A stretch of 58,597 bases of DNA from contig NC_057719.1 in assembly GCF_004010195.1 (NCBI RefSeq), forward strand, positions 61,188,928-61,247,524, read 5' to 3'. The DNA is from Chiloscyllium plagiosum. Its lineage: Eukaryota. Below are positions 12,058 to 25,239 of this stretch, one piece after another (position 1 is the first letter of the stretch; every line of letters starts with the position of its first letter). The position numbers were made by a program, and so were the translations under genes. Below the pieces are notes generated by a model. The model ran no database searches, was not told the origin of the DNA, and saw only the letters and a list, made by a program, of their open reading frames with translations.

Positions 12058-12150
12058 GATTGCATATGTATAGTGTCTTTCACATCCTCAGGACATGCCC
12101 AAAATGTTTTACTACCAATAATGCATTTTTGAAGGATTTTCTCTTGCAAT
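12058..12150 (-). mobile_element. Old SINE 3' fragment (Deu-SINE/SacSINE1-like)
   Basis: TTGCATATGTATAGTGTCTTTCACATCCTCAGGACATGCCCAAAATGTTTTAC resembles the tail of shark Deu-SINEs as I recall it. Confidence 0.45.
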
Positions 12151-12380
12151 GTTAAAAATCGCACAACACCAGGTTATAGTCCAACAGGTTTATTTGGAAG
12201 TACAAGCTTATGGAGCATTGCTCCTTTGTCAGGGAGCTACTGGAGCAGTAATCATAGGACACAGAATTTACAGCTAAAGATCATAGTGTCATACGACTGA
12301 TGCGACATATTGAACAAACCTAGATTGCTGTTAAGTCTTTCATTTTTTCAATGGGTTGCAGGTTTCGATTCATTAATGTG
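12151..12380 (-). mobile_element. Penelope pLTR fragment
   Basis: GTTAAAAATCGCACAACACCAGGTTATAGTCCAACAGGTTTATTTGG terminus, homologous to 44160-44376 (+) and 50423-50605 (-). Confidence 0.85.
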
Positions 12381-12544
12381 TGGTGATGACAGAGATTTGT
12401 TTAGATTTATCAATATCACTGTCTGTAGAGAGATGTGAAAGGCAGAGAATGTTTGGAACATTTTGCCAAGAGTAAAATGTTGAAGAAGTATTGAATATTT
12501 TGGACCAATAGTTATTGTCAAGGATGAAGTGGGATGTAATAATT

Positions 12545-13203
12545 TAAATGTGTCCTTGGGCATGAATCACAAAATTGTCGGATTACAGGCACAGCAGGAG
12601 ATTAAGAAGGCAAATGGAATATTGTCCTTCATTGCTGGAAAGATGGAATTTAAAAATAGGGAGGTTATTCTGCAACTGTATAGGTTGCTGGTGAGACCAC
12701 GGCTGGAGTACTGTGTACAGCTTTGATCTCCTTACTTGAGAAAGGACATATTGGTACTGGAGGAGGTGCACAGGATGTTTACTAGGTAGATTCAGAAATT
12801 GAGAGGGTGGGCTTATGAGGAAAGATTGAGTAAACTGGGATGATACTCATTGGAATTCAGAAGAATGAGGGGTGAATCTTATAGAAACATTTAAAATTAT
12901 GCACAGAATAGATAAGATAGAAGCAGGCAGGTTGTTTCCACAGGTGTATGAAACTAGAACCAGAGGGAAGAGGACAAACTTCTTCACAAAAAGGGATGTG
13001 AATCTGTGGAATTCCTTGCCCAGTGAAACAATTGAGGCTACCTTGTTAAATGTTTTTAAGGCAAAGATAGATAAATGTTTGAACAGTAAAAGAATTAAGG
13101 GTTATCGTGAGTGGGCGGGTGCGTGGAGTTGAGTCCATGAATGGCAGAGCAGCTCAGTGGGCTAGACCTGCTCCTATTTCTTATGTTCTTATGTTATGTT
13201 CTT
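12545..13203 (+). mobile_element. CR1 LINE 3' fragment
   Basis: KKANGILSFI..LYRLLVRPRLEYCVQL, LIETFKIM..LWNSLP; TTCTTATG terminal repeats. Confidence 0.92.
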
Positions 13204-13754
13204 AAATAAAAATGAATTTTGATTATGAGCATCAGTATTTTGCTCCAAGATCATTTGTACACAAATGACAAAATTACTCAAACTACAATAAGAAAAGACA
13301 TATTTTGAGCGACTACAAAACTACTGCAGCTTCACAATACCACGTGATGTCACACAAATTGCAAAGATTTCCAAGAAATTAGATTGGTTAAATTAACAAT
13401 TTTCCTTCAAATGATAAAATTCAAATTCACAAAGGTTTACTCTCCCCTCAACTACACATTGCTATGGAATAAGTAAAAACATGTAAAAATTTCTATTAGC
13501 AGAAAGGAAGTTAATCATTTCTAATGTCACCACAACATAAGTGCACGCAATTATATCCAGAGTAACTAACAACGTAATAAAATGAGTGAAAGCAAATCCT
13601 AGGTGCAGGTCAATAAGTGTTTAGATACAGCATTTATTTTTTGCACGGTGTTAAATATTTGTCAATTACAGTCAAATAAAGCATTCCTAACAATTTATCA
13701 CAAGTTTCAAAATCAGGTGGTGGCAAAAAAGCCATGCACCAAATTAACAAAGAC

Positions 13755-14040
13755 TAATTTCTAAATGGGGAAAAACTTCAGAAATCTGAAGCACAAAGGA
13801 ATTTAGGAGAACTAGTTCAGGATTCTCTTCAGGCCAACATGTAGGTTCAGTTGGCAGCTGGGAAGGAAAATGTAACATTAGTTTGCATTGCAAAAGGGCT
13901 AGAATATAAGAGCGGGGATGTTAAGATTACATAAGGCTCTGCTGAGACCACATTTGGAACATTTCAAGCAGTTTTGGGCCCTGCATCTAAGGAATGATGT
14001 GCTGGGAGCAGGGAGTACTCACCCAGGAGCTTAACGAAAT
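13755..14040 (+). mobile_element. CR1 ORF2 C-terminal fragment (probably resumes at 17648-17722)
   Basis: FLNGEKLQKSEAQRNLG..KALLRPHLE..QFWALHLRND; later LTGLDKVDMRKMSPLVGET. Confidence 0.8.
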
Positions 14041-17000
14041 TGTTGCAGAGAGCAGTCATGAGGGGACTTGGGCAGCAGTCAATGTCAGGGAAGAATGGTA
14101 TACTAACAGAGTCAGTGAGAGAGCAGCTGACACAGGGAGCATTCACCAAGGGGACTCAGGCTGTAAACGGTCACAAAACTCAAGTAGACTCAGCAGAAAA
14201 GATTCTCACTAGTGGAAAAACAAAATGGCGGGCCAAATAAGATCAATGTAATTACTTGATGAAGAGAGACAGAAATTTGGATTCTGTACACTGAATGTTT
14301 TAATGTGTACTTAAGGATGAAATAAGTTTCTGAAGATATAATGGTGCTGACTTCATTGAGCACCATTGGGAGCAAGACCTTCACGATTCAAAGGAATCTG
14401 GTACAACCAGAGAAATCCACAGAGAAGTACCAAGAAGTATGCAACATGTTGGGAAGATCGTTTGTGCAAAAACCACTAATGATCACGGAAAGTTTTGTTT
14501 TTTATAAACAGGTACAGCATGAAGGAGAATCTATCTCCCAATTTCTGGCCGCCTTAAAGAGGTAAGCAGAACATTGCAAATTTGGAGGGCTCCTCCAAGA
14601 TGCTTTGTGAGATCGATTGATTTGTGGCTTCTGATATGAAACCATTTCATGGAAGCTATTAACAAGAAGAGACCTGGATTTCACAGCAGCTTTCAAAATT
14701 ACTATCTCGATGGAACTGACCACTAGCAAAGCAACACAGTTAAGTTTTGATGCCTGAGTAATGGATACTCAGCAGAGTGCGGTAGCAACTATAGAATACT
14801 AACAATGTGACAAGAGTGGTCACAAGGAGTCAACATGTCAGACTTGAGAAACCCAGTCCCACAGGTATAAGCGAGTGGGCCATATTACCCAAAATTGCCA
14901 ACAGAAGTCAAGCAGGAGAAGAGGTATCTAAAGGAGACAATTCTGAGGACAAGGCATAAGGGACATGCTGCCAGCTAGGGAATAGACAAGGACTAAGCCA
15001 GATCTGTGGGAAAACCAGAATGCCCAGAGTCAGCAAAGTTTTGAGTAAATACCTGTCGGTATGAAGTAAGGCCGATTGTTTCTGGGTTCTTCCCAAATTA
15101 GAGGGAAAGATAGTACAGATGGAAGTGTATATGGGTGCTGTGTTGTCGCTGATTCCCAAATCAATATGTAAGTAAGTTAAAGGCAGTACTACTGAAGCCT
15201 GCTAAGATTACACTACAAACATACTCAGTACAAATGATGCCACTGAAGGGTTATATACTGGTAAGAGTACAGCTAAGGGTACAGCTGTGACTAATTGATT
15301 GTATGAAAGACGTGAAAGGCCTTGTTTTCAAAAATTAAAGTTCAATTGGAGTATGGTTAATAGGCTGGCAGACTCTAAAACAAGTCTGCAAGAGATTTTG
15401 GGCATGTATAATAATAACTTCAAGGGAATCCTGCGGGGAAAAGAAATGAATATAAATTAAACTTCAGTTTAATTGGGAGGCTCGACTAAGGAGTCTGAAG
15501 GCACTTCCAGTATTGTACCCGATCTGGTCTAAAATGGACAGGGAACTGGAACAGCTGATGAACCTGGAAACATTGGAACTAGTAGCCACCAGTAAATGGG
15601 CCACTCCAATCATTCCCATCTAAAAAACAGATGGCACAGTGAGGATTTATGGTGACTTTAAGGTCAACATGACTCTGTGTGTGGATCAATAGCCACTTCC
15701 ATTCATTGAGGACCTGTACACTGGACTGGCAGGGGGAAAGAAGTTCTCAGAAATGAATCTGTTAGAGGCCTACTTGCAGATGGGGCTCGCAAAGAGGCTT
15801 GTACACACAGAGGCTTGTTCCGCTACAAGAGACTTCCATCTTGGCAAACATAGAGGAGAGGCCCATTGTGTTTGCACCATGGTCATGAACAAAGACAGAG
15901 AAGTATGTTCAGGCAGAAAAGAAAGGATTGGGCACTGCAATCTATATTAAGAAGTTCATTTCCTTTTCAGAAGGCACATCATGCTGTTGACAAACTACTG
16001 GCCACTAACGTCCATTTTAGACCCATTTACAGGACGACCATCAATTGTCAGCTGCACACCTGCAGGGATGGGCACTGCCTCTGTCAGTCTAATGATATGA
16101 AATCAGATACTGAGAGTCAGAAAAATAAGGATGTTCTCGACTGGAACCTGAAAATTACATACTTTTCCCAGGGAGACAAGTTGGATCCAAAATGGCCCAG
16201 TTTTGATCCTAGCTGTGGACACAATCTTGAAAGGAACGACTTGTCATGGAAACTGCCCAGAGTTTTGCCCTTCCTGAGGTGGCAGTTGTCCGTATTGAGC
16301 TGGTATTCAATGTTGGGAATGAGAGCTATATTCCCTCCCTCAAGAAGATGAAAGGTGCTAGAACGCGTGCACAGAGGGGACCTTAGCATGATGCATAGCC
16401 AGTAGAAACTTTAATGGTTGAAGATGGACTCCCAGATTGAGGGAAAAGCAGGATCATGTGAATCCTGTGCATTAGTAAGGTGTCTCAATCACTTTGGCAG
16501 CTGATACACATCAATTTTGTGGGACCAGTGGAGGGATAGATGTTACTAGTGGTCATGGATGCCCACTCGACATGGCCCAATGTGGCTATCATGAAGTAGA
16601 TAACAGTGGAAGCAAGAAACAACTGACTGGATGAAATAGTTACCAGGTTCAGAAAACCTGAACAAGTTGTGGGTAACAGTGGTCCACCATTTGTGGCACA
16701 AGAGTTCGAGGAGTAAAATCACAGATTCAGACACATGAGATTGGTGATGTATCACCCTGCAACAAATGACCAGGCAGTGAAATTTGTATAACTCTTTTGA
16801 GCAGGCCTTAAATGGGCTCACAAAGGAAGGGTTTGCTAGGACAGTGACTCAACAAGTTTATCAGCAAGTATAGGAACATGCCATACAGGACAACCCAGTG
16901 CTTGATGGCATCCTTAATGTTCAAGCACCAGCTGAGAATCATGATTGACCTCCTGTGGCCTGAAGAGAACAGAAAAGGCAGTACAGCAAAATCAAGACGG

Positions 17001-17380
17001 ATATGTGATCAGAAGGACAGAAAACTCAAGGTCAAGGGTATTCTAAAAAGAAAAGACTGTGTTGGCCTGGCATTATACATCTGGGGAAAATAAAGGATTC
17101 CAGTTGTGGAGGTGACTCAAACAGGATTGTTGTCATGTATGGTGCAGGCCAGGGATGCAGTGGTCTGGAGGAGAAATGTGAATTGCCATCCTCTCAGGTG
17201 TGTGCTGCCTGTTTCTGAGAGCGGGTCAGGTGTCATGAGGTGGGTATGAAGGAAGACAGTGGAAAGCTGACAATGGAGCTGAGAGTACTCCTGATAAAGT
17301 ATTTCCTGTTCAAGTTTACCCTCCATCTGCCTCATGTTTTATTTATGGTTCAAGTGAACCAGACATAAACAGTATTGAGG
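14041..17380 (+). mobile_element. Degenerate Gypsy LTR retrotransposon (gag-PR-RT-deletion-INT)
   Basis: Starts TGTTG; gag IGSKTF..QHEGESISQFLAALKR.AEHCKFG; RT WATPIIPI.KTDGTVRIYGDFKV and LAGGKKFSEMNLLEAYLQM; integrase INFVGPVEG.MLLVVMDAHSTWP and YHPATN. Confidence 0.88.
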
Positions 17381-17392
17381 ATGATGAGAGAT

Positions 17393-17645
17393 CAGCACGG
17401 TGGCTCAGTGGTTAGCACTGCAGCCTCACAGCACCAAGGTCCCAGGTTCGATTCCAGCCTCGGGTGACTGTCTGTGTGGAGTTTGCACATTCTCTGTGTG
17501 GGTTTCCTCTGAGTGCTCCAGTTTCCTCCCATTGTCTAAAGATGTGCAGGTCAGGTGAATTGGCCATGCTAAATTGCCCATAGTGTCAGGTGCATTCGTC
17601 AGAGGGAAATGGGTCTGGGTGGATTACTCTTCAGAGGGTTGGTGT
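17393..17645 (+). mobile_element. HE1 SINE, 3'-truncated
   Basis: GTGGCTCAGTGGTTAGC, GGTTCGATTCC, V-domain. Confidence 0.93.
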
Positions 17646-20600
17646 CACTGAAACTGACAGGCCTGGATAAAGTGGACATGAGAAAGATGTCTCCACTAGT
17701 AGGAGAGACTATGATCCGAGGGATAGCCGAGACCCTAACTTTTTCTAATTTAAAGGCAAGAATAGGGTTCTGTGTTCCAAATGCAATTTGATTGATAACA
17801 TTACTTGGCTTTCAGTAGAACACACTTCATTTTTATTCTGCAGTTAAAATACAAACAAGAAAGAAGATTCTTTAACTCTATTAGATATAACTTTAACCAT
17901 TAGAAAACTTAACAAAATAATAGATTATTAAAATACTAAACAGCAACTGTTCCAAGACAGTAACATCCCATAAACACATCATTGGCAAGGACAAATTCAG
18001 TAAAAAAAATTGTCTTATATGCAATTCTCATAACAAAGAGAACTCCAGATTTTGCTGTAACAGAGAGGAGAATAATAGCTTCCACACCCCAGCAACTACT
18101 GAAAGCTAAACTAAAACCCTGGTTCTGTGGGAGCCTGATCCCACCCATTCATGCTGCTTCTATTGTTCTAAGTTTTAAAAAAGACTCAAGATCTCACAAG
18201 CAGTTTACTTAATTGGTTTGGAACAGACCGGTCTTAACCTCTCTTCACAAAAAAACCAAGACAAAGTATACCTTTTAAAGGCATTGCATCATCTCACATC
18301 CCCCCATTAAAAAAAAGAGAACCATCAATCTACAAAGATAGCTTCACTTTTTAAAACCTTTCGTTTTAAGCTATTAGTACACTATGATATGCATTCATTA
18401 CATTGACTCTGCAAACATTCAATACTGCAGTCCGCTTCAGTCTGTTTCTTCCACCACCAAGTCGTGACAACAAGTTGGCAATTATGTTCTCTCATCCTGC
18501 CACATGTATAATTTTCAAATGAAATGGCTGTAAAAACAAACTCCATCTAAACAGTCTGGTACTTTTATCTTGCAATTTTTCCAAAAGTATTAACGGGTAT
18601 ATACAATTATGTCAGACACATGATTGGCAACATAAATAGTGAAATGTTGCAAAGCCATATCAAATGCAATGTCTCCTCAATTGTGGACTATTGAGCTTTC
18701 TGGAAAAATACCCAATAGGTTTTTCTATCTTTTCATCATTCTCCTGCAAGTGTACAGCAGTGGCACCCACATCTCTCGCGTCAACTACCACCTTTAATAG
18801 CTATGGGTATGTTGGTGTGGCTATTGCAGGGACAATGGTTATCACAGCTTTCAGGCTGTCAAATACTTTCTGACATTTCTCTATCTGCTGAAATTTTCTG
18901 CAATTCTTCAACAAGTCAGTTAGTTCAGTAACCAAACTTCTAAAATTTGGTACAAATTTTCTTTAAATCCCATTGAGTCCCAGGAATTGTCAGACTTCCT
19001 GTTTCATTGATGGCACAGGAAACTCCACAATAACCTTTGTTTTTACATCCTGTGGAGCCATCTGTCCATGTCCAATGATATGGCCTAGGAATGTGACTTG
19101 GGCTTTTGCAAACTCACTCTTAGACAGTTTTGTCATGATGCCTGCCTTCTGATGTCAGTTGAACAACTCTGCAAGATTCTCCAAATGTTACTTCCATTTG
19201 TGATTGGAATTTATCAGATCATCAATGTCCACCACACAATTGGATAAGTCCAAAATGACGTTATTGGCTAGTCTTTGAAATTTTAACTCGTGCACTTTTC
19301 ATATCAAATGGCATAACTTTAAACTGATAAAATCCTTTTGGTGTCATGAAAGCGGAAATTTCCTTCATTCTTTTGGATAAAGGTATCAGCTAGTATCCTT
19401 TGACTAAGTTCAGTTTTAAAATAAAAGTTGCTTGTCCCACTTTCTTAATACAAACGTGGAATAGGACATGAATCAGATTTCGTAACTGCATTGATTTTGC
19501 AAAGGTCCACTATCTACTACTATATGGCTACTATCTGGTTTTGGCACCATTACTACAAGTGAGCTAAGTCAAAAAAAAGTAGTCTCTGAACTCTAATTCA
19601 CCAATTTCTACTTAATTCATTTCAGTGGTCCTCTCACCTCCTGCTCAAAAGCTAATTCACATGGACTGAATTTAGTTGACTCAGTTGGTGCATTCCTTGA
19701 ATAATTTTGATGTAAAATTTTACACTTGATCTGATTACTTCTCAGGGAGCAGTCTGCATTTAAGAAAGAAAATTGAGTAACTCCCCAACAATCCTATTAT
19801 CCATGATACTGCATAATGGAATGGCCTCTGCAAATCTGGTAGTCACATCTATTATGTTCAACAAACATTGATTCTGACTTTTTGTTTTAGGGTGGAGATT
19901 ATGCAATCAATTAAGACTCCTGTAAGGTTCTTCGAATGCAGGAATAGGTATTAATTATGCTGGTTTTATCACTGCTTAATGTTTTACTATTACCTGTCAT
20001 CTATGACATGTCCAACAAGATTCCACTATATCCTTATGCAGTTCAGGCCAATAAAAATGTTTTTATATTTTGGCTTGAGCTTTTCTTACTCCCAAATGAC
20101 CTTGTACTGGTCATTCATATGCTAACCACAACATTTAACTTCTCTCACCTGCTGGTAATACCTTCTGCTGATTTTTTATCCACTTGAATACATGATAATC
20201 TTCATTTCCTCAAAAATACATTCTTTTTAAGGTCTTCCTCTGCGTACACTTTTTGATACAACTGTTTTTTTTTTCATATTTCTGTTGTAATTCAGTTAAT
20301 TTCTCTAAACTAAAATATCCACTTTGTCCTCTATCTGTTCTTCTTTATTCTCAACCATTTGATCAAACATAGTCCCTGATAATTGAACTTCAACTTCCTT
20401 ATCCTTATTCTTTGCTTTTCCCTCCTGTTTCAACCTGTGGCTTTGTAACCTTGTTACCTCACAATCAGGAAAGGAACCAGGATGTACTTCCCATAATAAT
20501 TCAGTTACTTAATTTTTTATTGGCCTTTCAACCACAATAGGCAATACTCCCTCCTGTGCTCCAGCTATATTATTACCAGGGATAAACTGTATTTCTGGAA

Positions 20601-20924
20601 CCGAGAGTTTTCTTTTTACTCCTACCAACACTTCACTATTTTTCGTCGGACTCTCCAACCTCACTTTATATAAGAGAACACTGCTCTTCACACCATAAAT
20701 TCCACACAGTACCAATACTCCTTCCAAAGTACATATCTCCTCATCTCATACTAAGCCTGAATCATGGTAAACATGAGTAAACCTTATCCACATAGGTAAA
20801 TTCTTTAAAAGATCTGGTCCCTTATTAACCATTTCCTAACCAGGCCCTTACATTCTTTTGCAGCTCTTTAGCTTCCAGCGGGATCTCCTTTACTGCTTTA
20901 ATAAACCCTACTGGCTTATAGATA

Positions 20925-21268
20925 GGCAATTGTCCACTGGTAGTATCACTGGACTCTAAACAGAGACCCTGGTGATGTTCTATGGACCTGGGTTCGAATC
21001 CTGCCATGGCAGATCTTGGAATTTGAATTCTATTTTACAAAATCTGGAATTAGGAGTTTAATTGTTATGATGAAAAGCCATTGTTGATAGTCGAAATAAC
21101 GCATCTGGTTCATTAATGTCCTATTGGGAAGGAAAGCCCTGTCCTCATGTGGTCTGGTATATATATGACTCTAGACCCACATCAATGTGGCTGACTGCCT
21201 ACTGGGCAATCACAAAATGGCAATAAATGCTGGCCTAGCCAGTCACACCACAATCCATGAATGAAAAA
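20925..21268 (+). mobile_element. tRNA-headed SINE (non-HE1) nested in the Gypsy element
   Basis: B-box GGTTCGAATCC at 20991-21001; tail GGCAATAAATGCTGGCCTAGCCAG..CCATGAATGAAAAAA. Confidence 0.8.
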
Positions 21269-21761
21269 ATCTTGTTTTGCCACATGCATCTTCCCAGTGC
21301 TGTGCCTTCATGTGTCCTATGTCTTTGCAATAAAACTCCAGAGAGTCTTTACTTCTCTTTCCCCCAATGGGTTTTCTTTTTAACCTGAGGTGAACTATCT
21401 TTACTATCTTCAATGAGATCTCCTGATCCTTTACTATCTGAGGATTTTTCTTTCCCCCATTTTTGATCCCTCACAAATTGAAATTGATATTAGAAGACAA
21501 ACTTTGATTTCTGAACTAGTTCATAATCATTTACCATTTCTGCTGCTAATCTTACAATTTTAGAACTCTGCTCTTCCACACGAGTTCTCACTACTTCAGG
21601 AACTGAATTTTTGAACTTCTCCAAAATAGCAATCTCTCTGAGGACATCAGAAACTGATCTATTTTCAAAGCCCTTATCCACCTCTCAAAGTTTCTTTGTT
21701 TGATCCTTTCAAACTAGATGTACGTTTGACCAGGTTTCTTCCTTAGATTCTAAGATGTTAG

Positions 21762-22082
21762 TGGGCGGCATGGTGGCACAGTGGTTAGCACTGCTGCCTC
21801 ACAGCACCAGAGACCCGGGTTCAATTCCCGCCTCAGGTGACTGACTGTGTGGAATTTGCACGTTCTCCCTGTGTCTGTGTGGGTTTCCTCCGGGTGCTCC
21901 GGTTTCCTCCCACAGTCCAAAGATGTGCAGGTCAAGTGAATTGGCCATGCTAAATTGCCCTTAGTGTTAGGTAAGGGGTAAATGTAGGGGTATGGCTGGG
22001 TTGCGCTTCGGCGGGGCGGTGTGGACTTGTTGGGCCGAAGGGCCTGTTTCCACACTGTAAGTAATCTAATCTAATCTAATCT
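21762..22082 (+). mobile_element. HE1 SINE, full length with (AATCT)n tail, nested in gag
   Basis: A/B boxes, V-domain and terminal microsatellite. Confidence 0.96.
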
Positions 22083-23164
22083 GTAGGCTACTGGCACTAG
22101 TTCCTAATCATTTAAGATGGCTTTTTTCACCTCATCATAAACCCCAAATATTGCCTCTCATAGTGATGCAAATACCTCACTGGTTCTACTTACTAACTTG
22201 TTTGAATCAACAATATTCACATGGTCACCATCCATTTCATTTGTTTAGCCACTTTCTCAAATGAAATGAAAAAGGCTTCTATATCCTTGCCATCAAACTT
22301 TAGAAATATGGTTGGGCATATTTAAACAGTTCGTCACCAGGCTTTTGGCTACAATGGGTTTGCCCTTCATCACTCTCCCCAACACTTTCTACCTCGCCAT
22401 TTTAAGTCGACTTTCCTCTTTCATTTCCAACTTGCAAAGTTCAAAAATACGCACTTTCTCCCTCCACTCTCTTTCTCCTCCTACAGCCTTCTTCTCCTTT
22501 TCGTTTTGTTCGGCCAGAGCTAGTCTTTGATTTTCTTTTTCCTCTGTTTTTAATCATAATTCAAACTGCTTCATTTCCTTTTCATATTCAAGCTGCTTTA
22601 TTTGCAATTGAATTTTAGCCATTTCCAATGATTTTGTGGCAATTATAAATGCAGAATTATTGCTGCAATTATCTCCCCATTCCTCACAAACACATGCAAA
22701 TCCAACTTCAGCTTGTTTGTCAATTCTGAAAGCACTTCTTCCAAACCCCAAAAAAACTCTTTGTGACTGAGCGAGTCATTACTACACAAAGAACACCCTG
22801 TTCAAACCATCTGAATAAGATATCTGGAAAAAAAACACCAACACTCATCACTCACTCTCAACCTGGAATTTGAGGCTTTTATCCTTGACTAGTCCACAAT
22901 TTGTTATGGACCAGACCAAACCCCTTTCAAATATATCAAGGAGATAGCCTAAAACAGAACATTTTCTTATTGAAAAGCAACTGTAAGGTACTGTGTTCCA
23001 CATGTAATTCGATTGGTCATACTATCTCGGTTTAAGCAAACCACACTTTATTCTTACTCTACAGTTAAAATACAAACATAAGAAATAAGAAATTATATCA
23101 AATAAACACTCTTGGAAAACGAGCTGGCTGAAGAGAACTGAGACATTGAGTTGAAGGAAAAGTT

Positions 23165-23970
23165 CATAAAGTCATATAGTCATATAGCATGGAAACAGAC
23201 CCTTCAATCAACTTGTCAATGCTGATCAGGCCAAACTAAACTAACCCCACTTGTCTGCATTTGGACTATAATCCCTCCAAACCTTTCCTATTTTATATAC
23301 CTTTCCAAAAGTTTTTAAATGTTGTAACTGTATCTGAACCTACTACTTCCTCTAGCAGCTCATTCCACATATGAATCACCCACTGTGTGAAAAGTTTGCC
23401 CCTCAGGTCCATTTTAAATGTTTCTCCTCTCACCTTAGAAATATGCCCTATAGTTTTGAAATCCCCCACCCGAGATAAAAGGTGTTTGCTAGTCACCTTA
23501 TCTGTGCCTCTCATGATCTTATAAACCTCGATAAGCTCACGTCTCAAACCCCTATGCTGCATTGAAAAAAAGTGCCAGCCTATCCAGCCTCTCCTTATAA
23601 CACAAACCCTCAACTCCCTCCTATACTCAATGCACTGACCAATAAAGGAAACCATACTGAACAACTTTTTCACTATCCTGTCTATTTGGGACTCCACCTT
23701 CAAGGAACTATGAACGTGCACTCCAAGATCTCCTTGTTCAGCAACAATCCTCAGGACCTTACCATTAAGTGGATTGGTCCTGCCCTGACTTGCCTTTCCA
23801 AAATGTAGAACCTCACATTTATCTAAATTAAACTCCATCTGCCACTCTTCAGCCCACTGGCCCATCTGATCAAGATCCTGTTGTACTTTGCGGTAATCTT
23901 CTTCGCTGTCCACTGCACCTCCAATTTTGGTGCGACCTGCAAACTTAGTAATCATATCTCCTATGTTCAA
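23165..23970 (-). mobile_element. CR1 LINE 3' fragment
   Basis: ORF 23293-23988 ITKFAGRTKIGG..WAEEWQMEFNLDKCEVLHFG; CTATGA-type terminal repeat. Confidence 0.93.
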
Positions 23971-24049
23971 TCCTGCATGCCACAACACCGATCACTAACT
24001 TTCTGTCTGAAAAACAACTCCCCACCACCACCCTGATCACTGACATACA

Positions 24050-24680
24050 ATAGGAAGTGCACATTACTCTACTAAAGGCCATATTTGAACCTTAACAATC
24101 TACAGACCCAGCATATAGCCCAGACTTACTGCTCTAAAACCACTGTTCCAGGCTAACTTAGTAGCTATGTTTTATATTTTTAAAAGTTTAATCAAGAGAC
24201 AGATCTTAATAAGAACCACATAATCAAAAAAGAACCCACTCTACTCGCTATAATAGATCTACAAAAAAAAAGTATGATTACACTTTAAAGACTGGCCACT
24301 TAGCTGCTCCTCTGCTACCCACACAGGTATCTCCAAAGTCAGCATTTATATTTCTTAGATAAGCTCCGATGTCCAGGGTACTTGAAACCAAACAGCAGAG
24401 GCATTTGGCTGTGCAGATACACTGCTGGATTAGATAGCTGCATAGATTTACTTCTCCATTTGAGTCACTCCCCATGTGGGCACTGCTTTGTCTCTCTTCC
24501 TCTGTTTAGAAGTGCTATTGTTTTGATCTATTTTCCAAAGTTCCAAAACAATTGAACAGCTTTTAAAACAGTAATTACTGCTTCTAGACTTCAACGAAAT
24601 CAGCTCCAGTACTGAAAATATCTCAGAGGTAGCAGATCTTATAGCCACAATGTTCTCCTGTCCTCCATCTTGGATTACCC
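24050..24680 (-). mobile_element. Probable LINE (CR1) 5' UTR
   Basis: Minus strand begins GGGTAATCCAAGATGGAGGA (YY1-like start); non-coding; co-oriented with the adjacent CR1 3' piece; family assignment from memory. Confidence 0.5.
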
Positions 24681-24681
24681 A

Positions 24682-25238
24682 AAATTGCAGCTATACGGGA
24701 CATTGATTAGGCCACTTTTGAAATACTGCACGCAATTCTGGTCTCCGTACTATAGGAACAATGTTGTGAAACTTGAAAGAGTACAGAAAAGATTTACAAG
24801 GATGTTGCTAGGGTTAGCGGATTTGAGCTACAGGGAGAGGCTGAATAGGCTGGGGCTGTTTTCCCTGGAGCGTCAGAGGCTGAGGGATAACTTTATAGAG
24901 GTTTGTAAAACACAAGGTGAAAACACAAGATCTTTTCCCCGGGGTGAAGGAGTCCAAAACTAGAGGACACAAGTTTAAGGTGAGAGGGGAAATATTTAAA
25001 AATAATATAAGGAGCAGAGGGTGGTGCATGTATGAAATGAGCTGCCAGAGGAAGTGGTGGAGGCTGCTAAAATTACAATATTTAAAAGGCATCTGGATCA
25101 GTATATGAATAGGATGGGTTTAGAGGGATATGGGCCAAATGCTGGCAAATGGAACTAGATTAATTTAGGATATCTGGTCAACATGGATGATTTGGACCAA
25201 AGGGTCTGTTTCCATGCTGTATAGCTCTATGACTCGAT
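24682..25238 (+). mobile_element. CR1 LINE 3' fragment
   Basis: LYGTLIRPLLKYCTQFWSPYY..LERVQKRFTRML; ends CTCTATGACTC. Confidence 0.93.
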
Positions 25239-25239
25239 G

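Larger units (their letters stand above)
17722..23120 (-). mobile_element. Gmr1-type Gypsy retrotransposon (LTR-gag/SCAN-like-PR-INT-RT-RH-LTR), degenerate
   Basis: Minus strand: partial 5' LTR ~23120-22902 ending CATAACA, degenerate tRNA-Pro PBS, gag AFFISFEKVAKQMKW, integrase PIPAFEEP..DVTTRFAEAIPL and APTESTKFSP before RT/RNase H, PPT at 18299-18318, 3' LTR 18298-17722. Confidence 0.88.

Noticed and set aside
15866..16351. 161 aa ORF as a novel protein
   Set aside because: It lies inside the decayed Gypsy pol region and shows no independent gene signals.
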